Assembly: GCA_051599415.1 (NCBI GenBank) | Contig: AP039710.1 | Location: forward strand, 124,001 to 188,000 | Length of the DNA: 64,000 nt | Origin: Savitreella phatthalungensis | Lineage: Eukaryota | Direction: 5' to 3' | Part shown: positions 31,913 through 40,770 of the stretch, in pieces | Layout: every line of letters starts with the position of its first letter | Position numbering within the stretch: position 1 is the first letter of the stretch | The notes under the pieces: generated by a model | The model's input: the letters and a program-made list of their open reading frames with translations, nothing else | What the model was told of the DNA's origin: nothing | The model's database searches: none | Made by a program: the position numbers and the translations under genes

Positions 31913-32929
31913 TCACACGCCCATCAGCAAGGATCCCGCACTGTCGACTTCCCAGAAGTGGGAGCCCCTCAGGCTGTGACTGCTGGCACGAACGCTGCGC
32001 GTACACCTGGATCTACTGGCTGCGACGCTGCTGGCGGTCGTCGTCCCTCCACATCGGGAACGTACGGATCGGGCGACGAGCTGAGAGCGAGAGGTCCGGC
32101 CTGTCGTGTCCCTGCGCACGGTCGATACGCTTCTGACGGCGGTGGATGCGGCGACGGAGGAGGGCGGGCGAACGTGTGAAGAGGGCTCTTTTCGGTCTGT
32201 CGCTGATTTCTGTAGAGGTTTCTCCTCTTCGACAACCTCGAGTTCTGGCCGTAGCACACGCCAGAGATATTTGAGGAGAGAGGTGATGGCAGATTCGTCT
32301 TGCTGCTCCTGAGGAAGCCCCCACGGAGTGTGAGGTACGGACCGGCCGACTCTGAGAGCGGCGGTGTCACGTGCACTGATGTCATGCCACTCGTTCAGGA
32401 GTTGCTCGACGTTTGCGACGCCGAGCGAGCGAAAGATGCGATCTGCGTAACGGCGCTTCCTCCGACGTTCTGCGGGATCTCTTCGAAGACGCTTCTCCCT
32501 GCGTGTATCGTTGTCATCGTGAATTGTCTCTCGGTCACGTGCGTCATCCTGATGTGTCAGCCACTGGTGTATTCTAGCAGCTGATCGTCTTCGCGCAAGC
32601 ATCTCTGCAGCTTCGTCTACAGCATCAAGCACTTCCTCAAGCACGCTATCCAAGGACTCGTCATCATCCTCCTGATCTTGGTCGTCCTCTGTGTAGGAAT
32701 TGTCCAATGCAAAAGGCGCTTGCACTTGATCTTGTTCTTCCTCGTAGAGTGCTCCTCTGGCTTCGTGCGTCGGTAGGACTGCACGAAGAGAGTCATTGGC
32801 AGAGAAGATTGTGATTGGATCACTTGCTCTGCGTATTGTATTGTGATGTGGTCTGATTGGTGATGCGGTACGCGTGAACGTAGCATCGGATGACTCCTGC
32901 GGCTGCCGTGCATACACTGGACGTAGCAT
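31913..32929 (-). CDS. Hypothetical protein, acidic and Arg-rich segments, Ser-rich tail ending in an HFWE motif
   Basis: 338 aa ATG ORF preceded by a long pyrimidine/CA-rich leader typical of genes in this window. RRRSAARIHQW and ..SHFWEVDSAGS resemble an uncharacterised ascomycete family as I recall it (unverified). Confidence 0.65.
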   Translation of the reverse strand: MLRPVYARQPQESSDATFTRTASPIRPHHNTIRRASDPITIFSANDSLRAVLPTHEARGALYEEEQDQVQAPFALDNSYTEDDQDQEDDDESLDSVLEEVLDAVDEAAEMLARRRSAARIHQWLTHQDDARDRETIHDDNDTRREKRLRRDPAERRRKRRYADRIFRSLGVANVEQLLNEWHDISARDTAALRVGRSVPHTPWGLPQEQQDESAITSLLKYLWRVLRPELEVVEEEKPLQKSATDRKEPSSHVRPPSSVAASTAVRSVSTVRRDTTGRTSRSQLVARSVRSRCGGTTTASSVAASRSRCTRSVRASSHSLRGSHFWEVDSAGSLLMGV

Positions 32930-35287
32930 GGCGACGGTCGTAGGTGAGGTAGAGCTAAATGCTAGGTGCTAGATGGGTGTGTGACGACTGAATAGGGAGG
33001 GCTGAATGCTAGAGCGGGAGCGCGAGAGAGGGAGATATGAGGGGGGATGGAAGGGAGTATACAGTTACAGAACCACAAACTCACAGACTGTTGGCGAGAA
33101 TGAAATAGAGAGGAGATCAGCGCGCGCGCGCGTGTGTGTGTTCGTCGGTCGAATACGACACTACGGACGCTTGCGAGGAGGAGGACGGTGTTGCGCGTTC
33201 GATGAGCGCTTGAGAAAGAGAGTTCTGTGAGTGCGTCGAGGGTGAGTGAGTGAGTGAGTGAGTGTTGTGGCTCTACTTACAGCGTGTAGTGTAGTGAGCG
33301 TGTAGTATAGTGAGCGCAGAGTGTAGTGTAGATGTCGCTGCGACTCTCTGTACAGTAGAGTAGGATGTGTGATGCCCTATAGCGTTCAGAAGAGAGAGAG
33401 AGTATGTATCTGCGCTTATCTCCTTCGATCCCGCTCCGCCCGCTCATGAGTGTCTGTGAGTAGCAAGTGAGTGATTGATTGATGGGTACGTGATTCCAGA
33501 TGTGTGTGCGTGGGTGTGTCTGTGTGGGTGCCCAATCCGCTATCGCCCTTTCAGGTCTTTCTTGTAAGTGTGACCTGTATCAGATTAGGATGATCTTGCA
33601 TATTGAGTTTCAGAAATTTATGAATCTGACAGGAGTCAAATGAAACTCCTGCTTTCGATCTCCCTATCTAATAGCGGTTGACGTTCATCGGAAGTTCAGG
33701 AGCGCATGGCAAGTGATGAACTCATTTGATCACAGATTTCGTGACTCCAATCTGATACAGGTCAATCGACAACCAAATCGATCAAATCCGATTTCAGATA
33801 GATTGACATCCATAAATATCTCACCCACTCGGAGTAGGATCCAGCGGTTCTAAACGAAATCCCTGTTCCGGATAGATTGGATCGTGCATCTTACATCGTA
33901 TATCGTGCATCGGCAAAAAGTGATGATCGTCCATGGTAGTCTATTCCGCAACCCCAACAGAACCAACCTGAATCGATTCACAGTCAATTCGGAGGATACA
34001 CAGACAATCTATCTGGATCAAGTCTCAATCACGCAACAAGAAGGGTAAATCTCATTTTTGAATCTATACAAGGTCTAACGGAGAAGTATCGTCATGAAAC
34101 ACGGGGGATCACGCGTACGCACCCACACATCCACGCACACGCATGCACACGTAGCTAGTACATGAATCCTTCACGACATAGAAGACTCATTGATTACGTA
34201 TGGAAGACTTGATCTGTGGCCGTAAAAAACAGACAAGTCATCATTCAATAAGCTCATTGACAGCTGAATAACGGCAGACGTCTTCATGCAGGCGCTATTC
34301 ACGTGAGCGCCCACGGGGCAAAGTCTATTTATGGAAAACTCTTCAAACAAACCCCTATACTCAATCGAACTCGTCAGTCATCAGGTATGAATGATAGTTG
34401 GGACGGGAAAGAGAAGAGCTGTGAAGTTGCCACCGATTCTATTCTCGTCATCAAACGTGCGTTTCATGCTTCATCCGTAGATTGGTGGTTGACGTCATGC
34501 TTCGGTGCTCTGTCGTGTCGGCATCAGTGTCAGAGTGACCGTTAGTCATGAGATAACGTAGTGTTCCCCGTCGACCCTGATGACGGCTCAGAGAAGCAAA
34601 TTACTGGACAGGAGACTCTTGAACAGCCAGCGTGTTGACAATCAGTATATCATGTCGAACCCTCCTCTACATACCTTTGCCTAGAATACGACCTTCACAT
34701 ACATTTGTCTAGAAGACCAAAGTGATGAGAATGATCTAGACTATTCCTGCTTTACGCTTCCGACTGACAGAATCGACACTGTGTCTCCGTCACCCTGAAT
34801 CGCACTGTCGATATCAAAGGTGAAAGCTGTTTGCAAATCTTCGCCATCGCGCCTGCTAAACGATAACAGGCAAATATCTCGCTTGGTTCTGTGATAGACG
34901 CCTGTGTCTGGCGCATCACAGCAGTCAGCACGCCGTTTAACAAAAAGGACAATCAAAGAGCAAGTGTAAATACGTAATCGCTACGATACACTACTGAAGG
35001 AGAAACTATCGGCAAGTCGGCAAGTGTCAAGGATGAGCGCAGTGTAAACTCGAGTTGAGTCACTCCAGACACATCAATCTTCTGCGCTTGAAAGAGCCAC
35101 AGAACTTCGACTCTCGAGCTTCAGTGACTGATCGGCTGACAGTATATACGCTGTCCCTGACTCTTCAGTACTGGAAACTGTACCGTTTTATTGATTCTCC
35201 GCGTACATGCATCTCTTCTGACCACCGCAATCGCTTCACATCACTTCTTAGCAAGACACTGGAAGCGTCGAATGACCGCAAGCTCTC

Positions 35288-35692
35288 ACGCGTGTGGCTC
35301 AAATTCGTGTACAAGCAGGACTAAGCCCTTGTCAACTTCGGCTCTCTGCTCGTGCTCCTAATCCTGCTCTCTCGTCCCAGTCGTTGCTCGGGTTTCCTGA
35401 AGACCACGCACTCTACAACACTGGATCTCAATTATGGACGTGGTCGTGCATTCAAACGAATCGTTGGAATTTTTCACCGAGAGAAAAAAGAAAGCGTAAA
35501 CAATGGAATTTCCTTCGTCAGTCGACAAGCACAGGAAGAACAACGATTGAGAGAAACATCAATCGCCGACAACCAACAACAGCTGACGAACAATTTTATG
35601 CACGCGTCAGACGCACAACACTGAGACCAACACAGACGCGATATTTGCTTCTACATCTCCCTAAAGACTCATTGAGTCGTCTCATCACGCGT
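35288..35692. promoter_or_regulatory. Cluster of MCB-like ACGCGT boxes upstream of SRC1/HEH1
   Basis: Perfect ACGCGT at 35288, 35602 and 35687 (plus ACGCGA at ~35636). Confidence 0.4.
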
Positions 35693-35729
35693 CAAGTCCA
35701 TCCGGGTAGCCTTACAAGGAGTCTTACAG

Positions 35730-38014
35730 ATGGACGATCCAGTATCGTCCGGAGCCTGGCTCAACAGGGACTTTGACTACCGCAAACTCACAGTCCTTGA
35801 GCTAAGAAGAATCTTCATCGAGCACGACATCGACTTCAAGTCGACTCAGAAAAAGGCAGAACTGGTCGGCGTGTACGAGGAGAGCGTTCTCCCTCGGCTG
35901 GAAGAGTTCAAGACAGGAGGCTCATCTACGGTGCCGGCGATCCCAGCGACCCCAGCAACAGCAAAGCGATCTGTCGGCAGACCTCGCAAAGACGGAGCGG
36001 CTAGTGTCAAGAGGAGGAAACAAGGACAGGACGCTGGTCTTGAAGCTGAGCAGCAGCAGGAGGAGCACAGTCAATCTCTTGAAGAGTCTTCGCCAGCACC
36101 GAAGCGTCCTCACGAGGCAGAAATCGAATCACCACGCAAGTCTCCGCGGAAATCCACTACAAAGGCTGATGGATCCACGAAGACTCCACGCAAAACAGCC
36201 AAGACGCCTCGGAAGAAAGCTGTCAAGGACGAACCTGAGCTTGCAGCGGAGGTTAAAGCTGATCCTGAGATCGAGGCCGATCCTGAGCAAGAACTTGAAG
36301 TGCCAAAAACAGTGCCTCGTACAGGGCGCAAGTCCAAGGTGGACGGAGCACAGGTAGCTTCAAAGTCGTCCCGCAAGCAGTCAGTTGCCGCCGCCGCCGC
36401 CGCCGCTGCTGCCGTTGCGCCTCCTTTAGCTCCTGCGCTTGTTCCTGCAAAAGAGACACCTCGGCAAAGTAAGAGCGAGGATAGTGCTGCTTTGCCAGCA
36501 GTCATCGCCAACAAGCTCAACCTGACTCCTCGAGCCGCAGACTTGTCAACCCCGGCTGACAGAAGGGCACGTTTCTCCACCGACAATGTCTTCCAGACCG
36601 GCACACCGCCGCCGATCAAGTCTGCAGTGCGCAGACACACAGCCGTGCCACGGTCAGCTGAGAGGCTTCTGCCCCCGAGCGCATCCGTAGACGACGAAGT
36701 TGCGGCCGACCAGCTCGTCGAGCTATCAGACGGCTCCGCCGCTTCCGCGTCATCTTCAACATCATCAATCTTGCGAACTGCACTGCTGACGCTTCTTGCT
36801 GCCGCAGCTGCTCTAGCATTAGCTCAGTACAGGGCAGAGAAAATCACAGCCGGCTACTGCTACATCGACAGCGTCCCACACCCGCAGCAACCCTTTAAGC
36901 CAGTCTGTCAGCCGTGCCCGGAGCACGGAACCTGTATGCCAGGGTTCAAACTTAGGTGCAATGATGGGTTCGTTCCGTCCGGCGGTTTCCCTCAGCTTGG
37001 ATTCTCGCCGAGCTGCGTGCCAGACACAGAGCGTCTGAGACGCGTCCGCCTGGTGGCCGACGAAGCGGTACGCGAGCTTCGAACTCAAAATGCACGCGCA
37101 GTGTGTACCGGAGATATCACGCCAGAGTTGACAGTGGCGGACTTACACGAGAGCTTGCTCGCTCGCAAATCGGCTGCTGTGTCGCGAGAGCAATTTGACG
37201 AGCTGTTCAATCACGCCATCGATGAGGTCCAGGCAAGAGACGAGATCGTGCAAGAGACAAACGGGTACGAGAATCCACCTCCACAGGCTATTGAGATCGA
37301 GGAGCAGGAGCAGCGTCCGTTGGAAACTTTTACACAGGTCGTGACAGTGACCCTTCAGGAGGACGCTATTGTCGTGACTTCTGCAGAAGAGACCCTTCCC
37401 ACGGAATTGCCGTTGCCCATTCCCGAGATCGTAGAAGCCTCTATCGAGAATTCCATCGCTGACCCTCTAGCACCCTCCGATCAACCTCACTCGCAGACGC
37501 AGGCATCGTCTGTAGAGCAAGACGATCCTTCACAGCAGTCCTGGAACGATATCGTGCGACAGCTGCTGCGGTTTTGATCCTTATCATCCTCGGCATTGTT
37601 GGCAAGCAACGACTAGATAGGAGAGCGCGCGACAGGAAGCGAGTCGTCGAACTCGTCGCTCGATGCTTCGATGAGCTCGTTCGACAGAAGCGTAGAGCTG
37701 TCACACTCTCTACCACCTCCAACGGCATCAGCGCCAACGCCTCGGGCGCAGTCGAGGCCACCCTAGGCGTCTCCCAGCTACGCGACGGCATCCTCAGGGA
37801 AGTTTTTTCATCACGCGAGAGAGAGCGACTGTGGCGCGACGTCGCAGCCGTCGTCGAAGCCAACAGCAACGTCAGGCCAACCCAAGCGGAAATCGAAGGA
37901 GAATGGCTACGTGCATGGGAGTGGATTGGGCATGTCCAGCCACTAACCCAAAGAGAGCAGCGTCTAGAACAAGGTCTTCAGGACGGCGACGACTTTGTCA
38001 GACCATTATACTAG
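35730..38014 (+). CDS. SRC1: Inner nuclear membrane LEM/HeH-MSC protein (Src1/Heh1/Man1 family); exons 35730..37264 and 37471..38014, 692 aa spliced
   Basis: N-terminal HeH domain (FDYRKLTVLELRRIFIEHDI...KKAELV), FSTDNVFQ motif, TM1, luminal Cys cluster (GYC...CQPCPEHGTC...C...CVPD). Donor GTACGA at 37265, branch GCTGAC 37458-37463 and acceptor TAG ending at 37470 join in frame to ETNG-TLRSTSLADAGIVC, followed by TM2 and the WEWIG C-terminal motif. Joined CDS is 2079 nt. Confidence 0.88.
37265..37470 (+). other. Spliceosomal intron (206 nt) of SRC1/HEH1
   Basis: GTACGA...GCTGACCCTCTAG; its removal fuses the two ORF-track frames and restores the family-typical LRSTSLA...C segment. Confidence 0.82.
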
Positions 38015-38261
38015 GCACTAAAAACGGGCTTCAGTCAGCGGTTTGCATCCTGTATCATGTATCTCTATTTTGTAACTCAGCGATGACAAACACGTCCGAA
38101 CGATATGTCCTTGTACAAAATGACGTACACTCTGAACACATACCCTGAAGACAAAATGTCGCGCTTTTCCCGAGACGCGTGATCACAGAGGGCAAGCGAG
38201 TGGACGCCGTGATGAAGCTGCTGTATTTGAACAGTCTCGCTAGCTAGTAGATTGAGCGCCC

Positions 38262-40721
38262 ATGTCTGCGCGCCATCTGCAGTCGACACACCGCAATGCT
38301 TCTCTTTCAGAGCACCGTCTAACAGACATCGATCGGGACGAGGAAGCCTATGCGGAGTCTGAGTTCGGCGGATTCAAAGACTACGATCGTCGGAAGCGCG
38401 TTAAGCTTCAGAACCAGGATGCGCTCCTCCGCCAGCAGTCTGGCACCACTGATATCTTCAAAGGCTGCGTCGTCCACATCAATGGTTACACAAAGCCTTC
38501 CAGAGTCGATCTCTGGCATATGCTGGTGGTTAATGGCGCCGTCTACAAGCAGTACCTCGAGGGCAAGACAGACGTCACCCACATCGTCGCCACGAACCTC
38601 ACACCAAAGAAGCAAGAAGACTTTGCAAAGTACCGTGTCGTCACCCCAGACTGGATCGTCCAAAGCATCGCACAAGGCAAATGCTTACCTTGGCAGCGCT
38701 ACAGATTGTACGGTGAGAAGACACTCGATTTCGAAGCTACGCCTGCCGTTGTACCAGTCAAGATCGATGACGAACACGTTCAGGCGCCCGCCAGATCTGA
38801 ACCGACGCCGCTTCACCCACCACAGGCACCACTGCAGCCACCACAGCAACAACAACAGCAACAAGAGACGCGCGACTACATTCGGACGGCGACCGATCCG
38901 GACTTCATTCAAGACTACTACCGCAAGTCGCGATTACACCATCTTTCCACCTGGAAGGCCAACCTTCGTACAAAGATCCACAATCTGACACCGCAGACCA
39001 ACAAGCAGACAGTCGTCATGCACATCGATTTCGACTGCTTCTTCTGTGCGGTCTCGTCCAAGGGCAAAGAACTACATGGCCGTCCATGCGCAGTCACCCA
39101 CGGTGGCAGTAATAGCGGCGAGATTGCGTCATGTAACTACGAAGCTCGCGCCTTTGGCGTCCGGAACGGGATGTGGATGAAGGAGGCCGTTCAACTTTGT
39201 CCCGAGATCGTATCGATCGGGTACGACTTTGATGCGTACGAGCGAGCGTCAGACGCCTTCTACGAGACCTTGCTTGCGCTCGGAGCCCAAGTAGAAGCAG
39301 TATCGATTGACGAGGCTCTCGTGAATCTCTCCGACCTCCTGCCGGATCCAGACGATCCAGCGTACTTCGATCGTGCGAACGCATTCGTCAGTCGCGTCCG
39401 TGCGGAAATCAGCGCGAAGACAGGCGTCCAGGTTTCCGCCGGCGTCGGAGCCAACGTGCTCCAAGCCAAGCTCGCCACACGCAAGGCCAAACCAGCAGGA
39501 CAGCGCTGTGTCAACGGCATCGACGGGCTCATGGAGGACGTCGAGGAAGTGCCGGGGATTGGCCATGCGACTGCTAAAAAGCTGCAGGAAGCGATAGGAA
39601 CCACGGCGGTCGATGCCCTACGTGATGTGCCCCTAGCGCGCCTCCAGGAGCTTCTCGGTCCTAAAAACGGGGAATCTCTTCAGCAGGCGCTACGAGGCAT
39701 TGACAGCACCCGCGTAGGCGACATCTCCCCTCGCAAGCTCGTTTCTATCGAGATCAACTGGGGCATTCGATTCACAACGGAGGAAGAAGTCAAGGACTAT
39801 ATGGGCCGCGTCGCCCTCGCACTCTCGCAGAAACTGAAGGATGTCGGATTCGTCTCGGCAGCACATGTCCTAGTGAAAGTGATGCGCCGGGCGAAAGACG
39901 CACCCATCGACCCGCCAAAATTCCTCGGCCACGGTAGGTGTGACAAGGTCAACAACGGGCGAGAAATCTCAGACACAGGTGATCCGGCAACCCTCCACAG
40001 GCACGCGTACGCGCTTCTCAAGGCGCTCGAGATCCCACCTGACGAGCTCAGAGGCATCGGCGTCGCCCTTACACGTCTCAAAGCAGTCACACCCACACGG
40101 CAATCCAGCTTCAAATTCCCGGAAGCACGACCTCAAAAGTCCATTCCGACCACCAGTGCAAACCTCGCCGCTTTCGCAACCACCACCAGCACACGCAAGC
40201 GCACCGCTGTCCAGCCCACCCTCGCCACAACGTCCCACTCAGCCACCACGACGCTTACAAATCTCGACATGTCTGTGCTGGCTGCGCTGCCGGACGATAT
40301 CCGGCGTGAGGTCCTGGCTGAAGAGCGGCTGATGCGTCAGATGGACAAGCGTAAGCGCGTGCAGACGCGACTGCTCACGAAAGCGGCCGTACGCGCGGAT
40401 GCAGCCAAGAAAGAGCGACTCCTGAACCGCAAGTACGCTGACCTACCCCCACCTCCAGACCACCTCACCCAGGGCGACCTCGCCACAGCCTCAACTCACG
40501 AAATCCTGGACTACCTCTCAAGCTGGATCGCCGCATCCACAGCAGAACATCAAGATCAACCACCAGACGAAGATGACTGGCGTGACTTCGAAAACTACCT
40601 ACACCTAATCGATGTCGACCGCGCCTGCGCCATCGTCGACTGGCTAGACAACAGAGCACGTATCGACGACGGCGTCGGGCACGGTTGGCGTGAGAGAATC
40701 CGTGCACTCAGAGACCTGTAG
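38262..40721 (+). CDS. REV1: DNA repair protein REV1 (BRCT + Y-family deoxycytidyl transferase)
   Basis: BRCT (IFKGCVVHINGYTKP...VVTPDWIVQSI), SRLHHLSTWK, MHIDFDCFF, ASCNYEARAFGVRNGM, VSIDE, a UBM-like LAALPDDIRREV and a C-terminal helical domain. Confidence 0.95.
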   Translation: MSARHLQSTHRNASLSEHRLTDIDRDEEAYAESEFGGFKDYDRRKRVKLQNQDALLRQQSGTTDIFKGCVVHINGYTKPSRVDLWHMLVVNGAVYKQYLEGKTDVTHIVATNLTPKKQEDFAKYRVVTPDWIVQSIAQGKCLPWQRYRLYGEKTLDFEATPAVVPVKIDDEHVQAPARSEPTPLHPPQAPLQPPQQQQQQQETRDYIRTATDPDFIQDYYRKSRLHHLSTWKANLRTKIHNLTPQTNKQTVVMHIDFDCFFCAVSSKGKELHGRPCAVTHGGSNSGEIASCNYEARAFGVRNGMWMKEAVQLCPEIVSIGYDFDAYERASDAFYETLLALGAQVEAVSIDEALVNLSDLLPDPDDPAYFDRANAFVSRVRAEISAKTGVQVSAGVGANVLQAKLATRKAKPAGQRCVNGIDGLMEDVEEVPGIGHATAKKLQEAIGTTAVDALRDVPLARLQELLGPKNGESLQQALRGIDSTRVGDISPRKLVSIEINWGIRFTTEEEVKDYMGRVALALSQKLKDVGFVSAAHVLVKVMRRAKDAPIDPPKFLGHGRCDKVNNGREISDTGDPATLHRHAYALLKALEIPPDELRGIGVALTRLKAVTPTRQSSFKFPEARPQKSIPTTSANLAAFATTTSTRKRTAVQPTLATTSHSATTTLTNLDMSVLAALPDDIRREVLAEERLMRQMDKRKRVQTRLLTKAAVRADAAKKERLLNRKYADLPPPPDHLTQGDLATASTHEILDYLSSWIAASTAEHQDQPPDEDDWRDFENYLHLIDVDRACAIVDWLDNRARIDDGVGHGWRERIRALRDL

Positions 40722-40770
40722 GATCTATGACTATGATTACGAATGAATGAATTGATGACGACAGACAACT

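Noticed and set aside
33713..34767. Several GTGATGA...CTGA pairs (33713, 33920, 34722) as C/D snoRNAs
   Set aside because: Box spacing of only ~45-50 nt, no terminal stems and no rRNA-complementary guide I could recognise.
32930..35729. Telomerase RNA, RNase P/MRP or spliceosomal snRNA
   Set aside because: No TAACCC/CCCTAAC-type template found. GGAAGTTCAGG (~33690) and CCTGAAT (~33967) could pair like P4, but the surrounding topology does not fit RNase P. No U1/U2/U5/U6 signature seen.
37574..38014. 146-aa ORF as a separate gene, or a frameshifted SRC1 pseudogene
   Set aside because: Explained as exon 2 of SRC1 by canonical splice signals that restore the frame.
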